64,000 nt of DNA, taken from IMG/VR virus record IMGVR_UViG_3300034684_000299, positions 32,001 through 96,000 of that record; one strand, 5' to 3'. Origin of the DNA: a virus. Each line of letters begins with the position of its first letter. Position 1 is the stretch's first letter. Below the pieces are notes generated by a model. It ran no database searches. It saw only the letters and a program-made list of their open reading frames with translations, and was not told the origin of the DNA. Shown piece by piece: positions 1 to 11,600 of this stretch. The translations under genes were made by a program, and so were the position numbers.

Positions 1-507
1 TCCTAAAGCAGCACCTAAAAATGTACCTACTCCTGGAATTGGAATCAACGAACCTAACGCACCACCAATAAAAGTGCCCAAACCAGAAAAACCAAAATTA
101 TTTAACATTTGCAATGTAGCAACAGGAAATTGTGATTGAGCTTCCATGTATGCTTCTGTTGGTAACATGGTACGAGCATATCCCATTCCCATATATTCAG
201 GTTTTAAAACATTCGCAAAAGACATAGTAGGTACAGGCCTTAAAGTTCTATATGGATTAGTAGCCATAGGTGTCATAAGGGCAGGTGCCATTGTAGCAGC
301 TCTTGCTTGTAGCATAGCTGGAGAAGGTAAGTTGAAAGCGGCTGCTGTTTGCTCGGTAACTCCTACACTAGCTCCATAGAATCTTTCGTTAAATGTAGGG
401 CCACCCATGGCTTGAGAATAACCATTGATAAATTGAGTTCCTAAATAAAATGGAGTAGAACTCATATATTGGAAACCTTGTGCTAACATATCAGGAGTTA
501 ACATCAT
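1..507 (-). CDS. Probable tape-measure protein, N-terminal 169 aa, runs off the window edge (not in ORF track)
   Basis: Open frame from ATG 507 (SD GAGGGTGA) to base 1: MMLTPDMLAQGFQY...FLGTFIGGALGSLIPIPGVGTFLGAALG. Gly/Ala-rich and directly downstream of the tail-chaperone pair. Confidence 0.6.
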   Translation of the reverse strand, partial: MMLTPDMLAQGFQYMSSTPFYLGTQFINGYSQAMGGPTFNERFYGASVGVTEQTAAAFNLPSPAMLQARAATMAPALMTPMATNPYRTLRPVPTMSFANVLKPEYMGMGYARTMLPTEAYMEAQSQFPVATLQMLNNFGFSGLGTFIGGALGSLIPIPGVGTFLGAALG

Positions 508-515
508 TTTTTAGT

Positions 516-833
516 TCACCCTCTCGTACTTTCTTGATCTGGTTTTTGAAGTTTCAATGTGCCTTCAACTTGCCAATTTTCTTCTTCTTCTTCTTCTTTT
601 ATTTCAAATTTCATCTGATTTTGTACACCATTAATTAAATTAATATAATCTATAAAACTTTGTTGGGCATTTTCAAATATTTTCTGTTTGTATTCATCTT
701 TTACAAATTGCAATCTCATCATATTAAATAATGAATTAAACATCAAAAACTCTTTTTCTTGTTTCTTTTTCAATGCATTCAACATAAGTAAGCGATGTCT
801 TTGATTCTTTGTATATCCATGTTCTAACAGCAT
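516..833 (-). CDS. Tail assembly chaperone, downstream (gpT-like) part, probably reached by -1 frameshift
   Basis: Weak own RBS; in the -1 frame of the upstream gene from the A-AAT-TTT site with no intervening stop; precedes the tape-measure-like gene. Confidence 0.55.
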   Translation of the reverse strand: MLLEHGYTKNQRHRLLMLNALKKKQEKEFLMFNSLFNMMRLQFVKDEYKQKIFENAQQSFIDYINLINGVQNQMKFEIKEEEEEENWQVEGTLKLQKPDQESTRG

Positions 834-862
834 TTCACCTGTATAAAAAGCACGAGAGGAAT

Positions 863-1582
863 TTAAAAATTTTTAATAACATCCGTTTGTTGAAGCATTT
901 TATTTAATTTTGCATTTGTATCTCCAATAATGTTCATCAGCATGGATGGCTTTTCAGCAAATAAATTTATATAAGGTTTTAAATCATTTTCATAAAAATC
1001 ATCTAAAAATTCATCCATCTTTTCGTTTTTTAACTCTGATATTGTTTTTGCATTACTTTCTTCATTTAATCCCATGCTATATAGCATGTTTAGCAAATCC
1101 TCTCTGTACTTTTTATCTACAGGTTGATAAATTTTTTCTCCATTAATATCTAATAAAGTGAATCGTAAAGATATAAACAAACGCAAAATATTGAATGTTG
1201 CTACATTAATATATGCATCTTTTTTATTCAATAAATAAGATAAAACCAATTGAAACAACAAATTTTCAATAGTGTTCGATAATCTCAAGGAAAAAGAATA
1301 TCTATCTTTAATATGAAATGTTTTGCTGAATTTATCATCCAAATAATAATCCAAGAGTTCCTCTTCTGTGAGTTGAAAATTCAAAGCATATGGGAACTCT
1401 TCAGCTTTTTCTTCCTTTTTAATTGATTCTTTTTTTGGTTCTTCTTTAATTTTTTCTTTAATTTCTTCTTTTTCCGGTTCTTGTGTTGTTTTGGATTCTG
1501 GTTGTTGTTGAACTGATTGATTTTTTTGTGCTAACTTTTTGGCATTTAACATTATTTTCTTGAGTTTCTCATCTTCAGCCAT
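863..1582 (-). CDS. Tail assembly chaperone (gpG-like)
   Basis: SD GGAGGT; position upstream of tape-measure-like gene; ends on a slippery heptamer (..K-N-F-stop). Confidence 0.55.
   Translation of the reverse strand: MAEDEKLKKIMLNAKKLAQKNQSVQQQPESKTTQEPEKEEIKEKIKEEPKKESIKKEEKAEEFPYALNFQLTEEELLDYYLDDKFSKTFHIKDRYSFSLRLSNTIENLLFQLVLSYLLNKKDAYINVATFNILRLFISLRFTLLDINGEKIYQPVDKKYREDLLNMLYSMGLNEESNAKTISELKNEKMDEFLDDFYENDLKPYINLFAEKPSMLMNIIGDTNAKLNKMLQQTDVIKNF
866..872 (-). other. -1 ribosomal frameshift slippery site A AAT TTT
   Basis: X XXY YYZ heptamer on the last two sense codons; the -1 frame reads tta aat tcc tct cgt gct ttt tat aca ggt gaa ATG into ORF 833..516. Confidence 0.65.
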
Positions 1583-1631
1583 GAAAATACCTCCATTTAT
1601 CCTTTGAAAAAATAAAAATTAATTTTACCTA

Positions 1632-1640
1632 TCTTCCACA
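1632..1640 (-). promoter_or_regulatory. Extended -10 promoter (TGCTATAAT) for the leftward tail operon
   Basis: Perfect TGnTATAAT about 50 nt upstream of ATG 1582; no canonical -35. Confidence 0.45.
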
Positions 1641-1744
1641 TTATAGCATAACTATCACACCCTAATTAGTATAATACCGATCGATGACTTATGTTTCTGA
1701 TAAAATACTATTGTTAGAAAAACTTATATAAGGAGGAAAAAATT

Positions 1745-1873
1745 TTGAAGAAAATAATAATGAGTATAAATAATAATATAACTAATTCTTTATTAAAGGA
1801 AAAGGTTGAAAATAAAGCATTAAAAATAGTAAAGGCTTCGAAACCTATTTATGTCAAGGTAGAGAAGGAATGA
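1745..1873 (+). CDS. Small hypothetical protein (42 aa, below ORF-track cutoff)
   Basis: SD AGGAGG 1731-1736, TTG 1745, TGA 1871-1873; abuts the spike gene. Confidence 0.5.
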   Translation: MKKIIMSINNNITNSLLKEKVENKALKIVKASKPIYVKVEKE

Positions 1874-1877
1874 TTAA

Positions 1878-3038
1878 ATGATAGAATTTGTAGACGCAGT
1901 GGTACAACAAGTTGAACCTATAAATGGTTTAGTAGTTGTTATAGACCACAAATATTGGAAACAGTACAAAGTTCCATATGCTAAATTTTTCTATGCCAAA
2001 CTTAAAGGATTAGAGATAGTTCCTAAGGTAGGATCTATAGGAATTTTGTTGTTGAGTCCTCAAAAAAATATATTTCTCCCTCTTCAGGCTACTATAATCA
2101 ACGATATAGAAAAAAACGCCAGTAAGTTTCCGCTTGAAGAAGGAGACGTTGCTTTTATAAACGATTCCTCTTTAATCAAGATTTCAGAAAATGAATTACT
2201 AATTAAATATAAAAATGGTATACAAATACAGTACGATCAAAACACTGGGCTGTTTTTAATCAAAACAAAATCTTTTTCTTTATTTGATTCCGCACTTTAC
2301 TATTCTACAAATTATAACGATACATTAGGGAAGGCTTCACCAGAGATAACAATTAAAGATAAACCTGAAGAAGAGGAAAATTATTTTCAATTTAAGCTAT
2401 TCAATGCAGATGAATTATTAAAATTGTTTTTTACGCACAAAGAAGAGATGATTTTTGAATTATCAATTACTGATAAGAGAAAGTTAATTCTTTCTCTTTT
2501 CAATCTATCACTATCTCTAAATAAAGACAATTTAACTTTGAATTTTAATGATACGAATATAAACATAACCGACCAAACTACATTTAAAACTCCAGCTTTA
2601 ACAATACAGTCAGATGAAGCTCAAGTGATCACCGGAGATATTAAACTGATTCTAAATAGAAATAATGGTAAAATTCAAGCAGGGGATACATATATTCAGA
2701 TTTCAGATCAAGGTATAGAGATGTTTGGTAATAATATAAATATAAGAGCAGATCAATTAAACTTGAACGGAACTGAATTCAATTTAAACAGTCAAAACAC
2801 CAAAGTTTATTCTCCAACCACTACTTTCAGTGGTGCGATCCTATTCAGGCAAGGGCAGGAAAATTCTTTTGATGTTACAAATCAACAAGAATTGGATAAA
2901 GCGTTACAAGAATTAAAATCCAAAATAGATGCGGAGATAACGAAATTGAATACAGATTTGAATGTCTTTAAAGGATTATATAGAACGCATTTACACGAAA
3001 CTATTTCAGGTGTTCCTACGACACCACCATTATCATAA
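1878..3038 (+). CDS. Baseplate central spike / gpV-like protein
   Basis: N-terminal OB-fold-like segment, long beta-repeat middle, C-terminal H-L-H...GVPTTPP tip motif typical of puncturing spikes. Confidence 0.65.
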   Translation: MIEFVDAVVQQVEPINGLVVVIDHKYWKQYKVPYAKFFYAKLKGLEIVPKVGSIGILLLSPQKNIFLPLQATIINDIEKNASKFPLEEGDVAFINDSSLIKISENELLIKYKNGIQIQYDQNTGLFLIKTKSFSLFDSALYYSTNYNDTLGKASPEITIKDKPEEEENYFQFKLFNADELLKLFFTHKEEMIFELSITDKRKLILSLFNLSLSLNKDNLTLNFNDTNINITDQTTFKTPALTIQSDEAQVITGDIKLILNRNNGKIQAGDTYIQISDQGIEMFGNNINIRADQLNLNGTEFNLNSQNTKVYSPTTTFSGAILFRQGQENSFDVTNQQELDKALQELKSKIDAEITKLNTDLNVFKGLYRTHLHETISGVPTTPPLS

Positions 3039-3092
3039 TATTAGGGGAAAGGAGGGCAAAGCGCATATTTAATAATGCGCTAATTTAAAAAA

Positions 3093-4901
3093 ATGAACAA
3101 ACTAACAGTACAATTACCGTTATTAAAGGACCAATGGGCAGCAACATTACTACAAGCTTTATACAATCAGCATCCATATTTGATTGTAGATTCTGCAAAA
3201 GTTAATATCAATGATTACGCCTTAGACGATGGCGTTATAGGTATAATCTATGTTACTATGCAAAATCATAGATTTGGTATACCTTGTATCATACGTAATG
3301 GTGAGGCGTATCCATTCGATATACTTCTTTTGCCAAATGGTAATGTTGAATTGTTGAATAAAAACAACTACGAAAAACTTATCGCTGAGATATATCAAAT
3401 AGCAACTCCAGCACCTAAACTGGATACTATTGCTGATCTATTCACACCTAAGACTTCTGGACATTTACCAATAGACCAAGTGATGACTTTAGACGAATTG
3501 ACTAAACAATCTTCATATAGAACATTAGTATTCAGTGAATATGACCCAGAAGAGTTTATAAAAACAGCAAAAGAGGTATTCAACGTTTTACCAGATGCCA
3601 TTAAAAAGTTTGCAAAAGATTTGAATTTAAGATACTCTAAAAAGGATGAAGATTATACAGACGATATTACTGAGTTTGAAATTTTGGAAAAAACTGCTGG
3701 ATACCAGTTCATATTCTATAACTTGAACAAGAAAGTCAAAGAATACGTGAAAGGTAAAGGTGGATTAGAAAAGATAGCTGAAAACTTTGATATAAATGAT
3801 GAAGAGTTAGAACTTCTACAAAGAACTAAGTATGCTAAATTCAAAAAGAACGCTACTGATTTCTATATCGACCATGAAATAACTGAAAAACCCAAAATAA
3901 CGATTATAAAGATGGCAGGAGATAAAGAAGTCAGAGACAATGTTGATTTTCTCATAAAACCATCTGAACCTAAAGTTGGTACTAGAATGGTATTTTTTGA
4001 GAAAGGTGCCAACGACGAATTATATTTCACTGAACCTATTTATATCACTAAAGTCGAAAAAGATAAATTAGAAGGATATTCTTCAGAAGGATTTGTGAAG
4101 TTAAAAGAAACAGACAAAAACTTTATAAAAAATGCTGCTGTTCCTGAAAGCAAAACATATCTTTTATCAACTAATGCTTTACCTTTTGAGGCAGTTGACA
4201 AAAAACAATACGATGTTAGCAACAAATATCAGCAATTGTTAAAGACCGCATCCTACAATAAATTAAAAATACATAAAGCACCTTCTGCTTATATAGTAGA
4301 TGATAGTAAAATCCTTAAAAATTTAAACGATGTTGATGTTTATCTTATGAAAGAAGCAGGATTTGATGCCAGAGACACTTTGTATATAAATCAACATTTA
4401 GAATCACTTCCACCTTCTAATAGCATTGTTATAAATTACAAACACAATGACCATGAAAAAATTGCAGAGCATAATGACAACACAATTGAAATGTCTAAGG
4501 AAGATAAAAAAGCTTTAATAAAATTTGCAACTTACTATTTGCAAGCGACTGAACAAGGATTATTAAAAATTGCTCAAACTCCAAAAGAAACAAAATCTCA
4601 AGAACAAGTAATGACTAGCCGTGAATTACTCGATTATGCATTAAGACAAGATCCAGACGAAGCGATAGCATACAATTTATTAGAATTAACAGCCAGCAAA
4701 AAATTGAATATATCAGAGCTTATAATGCAATATCAATTATTAGAGAATTCCAAAAATGTATTGATCAAATTACTACTTCAAGCAGAAGTTGGACTCTTAC
4801 CAATAAAGTTTGATATTGTACGCAATGCTTTAATAGCTTTAGAAAATTTATTATTAAGCATTGAATATCTTGTTAATCAGAATCAAACCACGGAAAAATA
4901 A
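3093..4901 (+). CDS. Putative inner-head/virion protein with about 12 K-x-A motifs
   Basis: FIKTAK, LEKTAG, LEKIAE, IIKMAG, FIKNAA, LLKTAS, LMKEAG, LIKFAT, LLKIAQ and others; hairpin-split RBS. Confidence 0.45.
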   Translation: MNKLTVQLPLLKDQWAATLLQALYNQHPYLIVDSAKVNINDYALDDGVIGIIYVTMQNHRFGIPCIIRNGEAYPFDILLLPNGNVELLNKNNYEKLIAEIYQIATPAPKLDTIADLFTPKTSGHLPIDQVMTLDELTKQSSYRTLVFSEYDPEEFIKTAKEVFNVLPDAIKKFAKDLNLRYSKKDEDYTDDITEFEILEKTAGYQFIFYNLNKKVKEYVKGKGGLEKIAENFDINDEELELLQRTKYAKFKKNATDFYIDHEITEKPKITIIKMAGDKEVRDNVDFLIKPSEPKVGTRMVFFEKGANDELYFTEPIYITKVEKDKLEGYSSEGFVKLKETDKNFIKNAAVPESKTYLLSTNALPFEAVDKKQYDVSNKYQQLLKTASYNKLKIHKAPSAYIVDDSKILKNLNDVDVYLMKEAGFDARDTLYINQHLESLPPSNSIVINYKHNDHEKIAEHNDNTIEMSKEDKKALIKFATYYLQATEQGLLKIAQTPKETKSQEQVMTSRELLDYALRQDPDEAIAYNLLELTASKKLNISELIMQYQLLENSKNVLIKLLLQAEVGLLPIKFDIVRNALIALENLLLSIEYLVNQNQTTEK

Positions 4902-4907
4902 GGGGCG

Positions 4908-5687
4908 ATGCTAATGTTACCATACAACAGATTTTTGATAGCTTTAAAAAGTCTGGGATATAACTACAGGGAAATTCAATCAATATTGAATTCATATAAA
5001 TTACCCAACATGACAGAAGAGCATTATATAGGTATAAATGCCAACGATATTGATGATTGGGTATTAAAATTAATTGATGGATGGAAAGATAAAGATAAAT
5101 ATAAGACGGTATTCTATAAGATGTTAAACAATGCGATGATGAGATATAAACTTATGGCATTGTTAACCGCTAATCCTAATACAGAAGAATTAGCTAAAAC
5201 GATGAAACAAAATGGATTAGAAGAAATAGATGAAGAATCATTGGAATTATTCAAAAAATGGTTTTGGGACATTGATGAGACTAAAGAAAAAGATTGGGAT
5301 TATTTTTTTGAACACAACAGGTTCCCTGGGCAAGTATTGGAAAAGATACAAAATGCATTATACGGAGACAAGATGTTGACATATTATGAAAATGGAATAT
5401 TCCCGGAACCTGACCCAAATGCTTTTTTAAATGGAATTGTTGCGGTAGCATACCAAAAATTAAGAGATATGTTAGCAGACCCTGTCAAACGTAACAGGGT
5501 TAATTATAATACGGCTGTAAAACATGCTATGAAAGCTTTAGAAGTTTTAACCGCTAGAGAAAAGACAGGGACGTCAGAGGTTGATCCTGCTGATATAATA
5601 AATATCTTAGAAAAAAAATTGAAATTTAAAAATATGAAAGATTTTAAAAATATTAATGATTTGCAAGAGAAGGATGAGAAAAAATGA
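4908..5687 (+). CDS. Hypothetical protein translationally coupled to the RNA polymerase gene (start may be ATG 4914)
   Basis: ORF track; ATGA overlap with the RNAP start. Confidence 0.6.
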   Translation: MLMLPYNRFLIALKSLGYNYREIQSILNSYKLPNMTEEHYIGINANDIDDWVLKLIDGWKDKDKYKTVFYKMLNNAMMRYKLMALLTANPNTEELAKTMKQNGLEEIDEESLELFKKWFWDIDETKEKDWDYFFEHNRFPGQVLEKIQNALYGDKMLTYYENGIFPEPDPNAFLNGIVAVAYQKLRDMLADPVKRNRVNYNTAVKHAMKALEVLTAREKTGTSEVDPADIINILEKKLKFKNMKDFKNINDLQEKDEKK

Positions 5688-8600
5688 TTCTAACCGGATA
5701 TGCTGAAAAAACGAATGAAGAGTTTAAAAGTGCCATAGAAAGAAAAATAAAAGAAATGTTTCCCATACAAGCTGGAGACAGAGAAATTGTACTTGAAAAA
5801 TTAACAGTCACTGAACCAAAAGAAGCCTATGATGCCGCTGCTTTTGAACAGAAAAAGCTTAATCTTTCATCTATTTCTTTTGATGTCAGTATGAATTTAA
5901 AATTGAGGAACACAAAAACCAACGAAACTATAGATTCTAAAGTTATAAAATTAAAGATTCCTGCTGCTACTATTAAGAACGATTTTTTGGTCAAAGGTAA
6001 CGAGTATGTAATACCAACACAATTGCGATTGAAACCGGGAATATACACTAGGCGAAAATCAAATGGCGAATTAGTTGCTGAATTTAAAATGGAAAAGGGT
6101 GAAAACTTTAAAATAGTTCTCGACCCTAATAAAAACGCGTTGAGAATTGATCAACAGGGCAGACAAATTAAATTGATACCTTTCTTAAAAGGAATGGGCA
6201 TAACAGAAGAACAAATGCGTAAAGCATGGGGAAATGAGGAGTTCAATGTTCTGAATCAAGTTGATGGTCAAGGTGATCCCCAAAAAGAAGTTCAAAAAGT
6301 AATGGAAAAGGACTTTTCTAATAGATACAGATGGTTATGGGAAGATATAGACCCTAATCTTCCACCAAATGAAAAAGTCAAAAAATACATGGAGAAAACA
6401 GAGTTAGATAGTAAAATAACGAATATCACACTTGGGCAAGAAATAAGTAAAGCAGATGTCAACGCTATTTTAGCTGCCGCCGCTAAATTAATTCAAATTT
6501 CTAAAGGTGAAGCAAAAGAATCAGGTATGAGTTCTATAGTTTACAAAAAAGCTCATAAACCATACCATCATATCGAAGAAAAATTAGACGATATGAAAAA
6601 TGTTTTGAACAGTACTGTGAAAAAAAGAATGTTGCAATTCGATGATTTACATAAAATAATCTCCCCTAGTTATACACAAAAGATATTTGATAATTTTTTT
6701 CTTACCTCTTCGGCTTCACAGTTAGCAGACCAGCCTAATGTGATTGGACTTTTATCTAACATGGGAAAAGTTACTCTAACAGGAGAGGGAGCTATTGAAG
6801 AAGATAGAGCTGTAACTGAAGCGGATAGAAGTGTAGACCCTTACCATTTTCTTTTTTTAGACCCTGTACATACACCTGAATCTGAAAAAATTGGTTCTAA
6901 CCTCTTTGCTACAATAGGTTCTCTTGGCTCGATTACAAACGATACGAGTCAGGAATTAAAAAGTGTTTTTTATAATTTAAAAACAGGGCAAAATGTAACA
7001 TTAGCTCCTATCGATGTGTATGATAAAGTTGTTGCTTTTCCAAATGAAATCGAAGGTAAAAAACCAACAGGCAAAACGGTAAAAGCACTTCATAAAGGTG
7101 AAATAAAAAATGTCAAAGATACAGAAGTTGATTTAATCCCTTTAAACGCATCTGAAATGTTTGATTTTTCTTCAAATTTAATACCATTCTTATCTTCAAT
7201 AAATGGAAATAGAGCTATGATGGCTTCAAAACATCTAACTCATGCTATTCCTTTAGTAGACCCAGAACCACCTTTAGTTCAAAATATTGTACCAAATACA
7301 TCTAGAACCTTTGAGAATACAGTAGGTTCTGCTGTAAGTATGTTTTCTCCTGTGGATGGTACGGTTGTTTCTGTTTCCGATAAAAATATAAAAATTAAAG
7401 ATAATAAAGGAAAAATTTACAATGTATCTTTATTGGATTATATTGAAACAGGTGAAAGTACCTTTTTGAAACATATTCCTGTTGTCAAAAAGGATGATAA
7501 AGTTAAAAAAGGACAATTAATAGCAGATTCCAACATGTCCAAAGGTGGTACCTTAGCAATCGGTAAAAATTTAAAGGTTGCTTATGCTCCATACAAAGGA
7601 TTTAACTATGAAGATGGCATAGTAATTTCTGATACAGCTGCTAAAAAATTAGCTTCTGAACATTTATATAATTTTAAAATAGAAATTCTTCCTGGCATGG
7701 TATTTGATAAAAACAAATTCCGTTCTTATTTTCCTAATGAATATACAACACAGCAGTTAAACAATCTAGATGATACAGGTATAGTAAAAAAAGGAACAAA
7801 ATTGAAATATGGAGACCCAGTAGCAGTTTTATTGAAAGAGCGTTCTCAATCAATCCACGAAAAATTAATAGGTGATTTGCATAAACAATTGATGTCTCCG
7901 ATGATAAATGCTTCTGTTGAATGGGACAAAAACGCAGAAGGAGAAGTAGTAAGAGTTGTTAAATCTTCTTCATTAATACAGGTTATGGTAAGAACAGTCG
8001 AACCCATTGTTGCTGGAGATAAAATAGTTGGAAGACACGGTAATAAAGGTACCGTGGCACAAATAGTACCTGAAAAAGATATGCCTGTTGATGAAAGTGG
8101 AGAACCTATAGAAGTAATATTGAACCCTGCTGGTATACCATCGAGAATCAATCCTTCACAAGTTTTAGAAACGGTAGCAGGTAAAATAGCTAAAAAAACG
8201 GGTACACAATATAATATAGAAAATTTCAAACCAAATACGAATTATTTGGAACAATTAAAAACTGATTTGAAAAAATATAATTTAAAAGATACAGAGTATT
8301 TAACTGATCCAAATCTTGGTAAATTAGAAAAACCTGTATTGACAGGATATCAATATATGGTAAAACTTCCCCAACAAGTTGAAGTTAAAACTAATATAAG
8401 AGAAGAATGGGGATACGATGCAGATAAAAGGCCTCTAAGAGGTAGTCAAGAAGGTGGAGGATCAAGGGCATTGGACCCTCTTACCGCTTATTCTTTAATA
8501 GCTCACGACGCAAGAGCTAATATGAGAGAAATGGCTACGTATAAAGCGGAGCAAAATGATGAATTCTGGTTGGCAATAGAAAACGGACAAATTCCACCTG

Positions 8601-11600
8601 CTCCTAAACCCACATTTGCTTTCAATAAGTTTGTTGGTTATTTGAAAGGGGCTGGAATTGATGTAACAAAATCTGGCAATAATTTACAATTAGCCCCTAT
8701 GAAAGATAAAGACATCTTGTCTATGTCCAATGGAGAAGTCAAAAAACCAGATACGTTGAAAGCATACAATTTAACACCTGAAAAAGGTGGAATTTTTGAT
8801 GTTGACGTATTAGGCGGATTACAAGGAGATAAATGGGGACACATAAATTTGGTAAGTAGTATACCAAACCCAACTTTTGAAAGGCAAATCAAAAAAATAC
8901 TTGACTTGTCTTCTAGAGAATATGAACAATTGCTTAAAGGGGAAAAAGGCGTAGATAATAATGGAAATATTGTTGATAAAAATCAGGCCACTTATTTTGC
9001 CGGTGATGCTTTTAAAAAATTATTGTCTAAAATTAATCCAGATCAGGAATTAAGAAAAATACAAGAAACATTAAAGCAAAACGATAATTTACGACCAGAA
9101 GAAATAGATTCTTTAATGTACAAAGCTAAAATCTTTAGAGGTATGAAAGAAACTGGGACCAAACCTGAAGATTATGTAATTAGTCATATACCAGTTATAC
9201 CACCTAAATATAGACCGGTGTACCCTTCACAAGACGATAAGTTTCTTGTAGTTTCACCAATTAATCATTTGTATAAAGATACATTATTACTGAATAATCA
9301 AATAAAAGATGCTGAACAAAGTAAAACATTAACTAAAGAAGAAGAATTAAAATTAGTAGGTGATTTATATAATCAAGTAAAAGCTTTAGTCGGAATTGGT
9401 TCACCTCTCCCTGGCACTCAATCTTCAAAAGAAGGTGCCTCTGGAGCTTTAGAATTTTTAGCTGGAACTCAAAGCCCTAAAAGTGGATATTTTCAATCCA
9501 GACTATTCAGTAAAAGGCAAGAATTGTCTTCGACAGCCGTTATACAGAATGGACCTGATTTAAATTTAGATGAAGCAGCTATTCCCGAAGAGGCTCTTTG
9601 GAATTTGTATAGACCTTTTTTGATAAAGAAACTTCAAGAGAATGGATACAACATCAAAGAAGCTAAAGAAATGATAAAAAATAAAGACCCAATGGCAAGA
9701 AAAATGTTAGAAGAAGAGATTGAAAGTAGACCTGTTTTGTTAAACAGAAGTCCTTCATTACATAAATTTTCCGTTATGGCATTTAAACCTAAAATTACAC
9801 AAGATCAAGTAATAAGATTAAATCCTAATGTTGTAGCAGGCTTTAATGCTGACTACGATGGCGACAGTATTTTTTCCTCTGTTTATGCGGCTTTTTTCAA
9901 CGACGACCAAGATACTCAAAATTATAAATTATTAGGAGAAAACGATATGCCATTTGAAGAATTATCCTTAAGAACAACGTTTGGACTAATTAATTTAAAG
10001 GATTTTCCTAGAATTGAAAAAAGCAAAAGGGTAGAAGGCAACAAAGAAATTTATAAAGTTCCTAAAAATGTAAGGATTTTGGCTTCAAAAGATGGAAAAA
10101 CTGGATATTATCCAATTGAAAGTTTCAGTATACATAAAAATCTAGAAATGGTAGAAGTTAAAACCAACACGTCAAGAACCATTCATTGTTCTAAAGACCA
10201 TTCCCTAGTAACGGTGGATGAAAATCTCAACTATATCAATCATGTTCCAGAAAAATATCTAACTATTCCTAGATTGAGGAAACCTGTTGATACTTACACT
10301 GCCGAACATATTGTTCTTGAAGATAAAGGAGAAAGTAATTATAATTTTAATTTTAAAATTCCTTTAGACGAAAAATGGGGTTATGTTAATGGCGTGTATA
10401 TAGGTGATGGTTGGGTAGATCATATCCAAAGTAAATATAGCATGAATTTAGCCAATGTATCTGAAGAATTATTTAAAGAAATCCAAAATATTTTTAATAG
10501 TTATATTAATGATGAAAACAAGATACATTTTTACATCAAAAATAATCCACATGATTTCGATGGATTTAAAAGTTTTTCAAGAAAAATAACATGGCATTCA
10601 AAAACTTTTCACAATTATTTTAGTTCTTTAGGACATAGAGCTCAAAACAAACATTTGCCAGAATATTGGCTTATTGCTCCTGAAAATTTTAAATGGGGTT
10701 TGTTGGCTGGTTTAATAGATACTGACGGGACAATAAGTTATAATCAGACAGAAAACGGCATTCAGAGAATGTGTATAAATTATTACACAACTTCCAGAAC
10801 TTTAGCTTATGAAATAGCTGCATTAGCTGCAAGTTTAAATTTAACAGCTTCAGTATCTCCAACATTCACACCCAAAGGAGAAGAAGCTTGGACAATTATA
10901 TTTAGTCAAGAATCAATTGTAGATATACAAAATAAATTAAATTTACGTGTTGTTGATAAAAAAGAAAAATTGCAAAAGTATATTCCTAACAAAAATTTTG
11001 CACGTAATAAATATACTCCTAAATTAAGCAAATCTAGACTAAATGAATTGAGAAAAGCAATAGGATCTCCTAGATTAAGGAATAGAAAAGGTGAGTTAAT
11101 AACGGAAGATCCTATTGAACAGTCTAAAATAAAACACAAAAAAAGTTTGAATGTAATCTGTACAAGAGTATCCAATAACAATACTGCTTTAACCAAACAA
11201 ACAGCTTTAAAAATTTTTGATTTGAATTTAGATATATTTGAAAAAGATCCTTTCTGGAAAAAATGGAAAGAGATGGTATTAGATGAAAATATTGAATGGG
11301 AATTAATTACAGATATAAAACCTATACCAGAGATAACTGAAGCTTATGATTTAACAGCAGGACCTTTGTATACTATGATTACAGAAAATGGGTTTATTGT
11401 TCAAGATACAATGGCCATCCATGTTCCAGTAACTGAAGAGGCCAGACAAGAAGCTTTACGTATGACACCTTCAAAAAACCTATTCAGACCTGGAAGTAAA
11501 ACTCTTATGAATACATTGAGATTAGAATACAATGGAGGTATTTATAATTTAACAGCCCCTCCTGAAAATGATAACGTACTTCCTATTCAAGTAGGAGATT

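Noticed and set aside
146-379. Plus-strand 77-aa ORF in the track
   Set aside because: Shadow of the longer minus-strand frame 507..1, which has an SD and fits the operon.
9863-11404. Alternative intein boundaries (D...Q, with Asp at +1) or a class 3 intein
   Set aside because: Would leave no nucleophile at position 1 or +1; the class 3 Trp/Cys/Thr signature is absent (block B DHSL, block F YDL).
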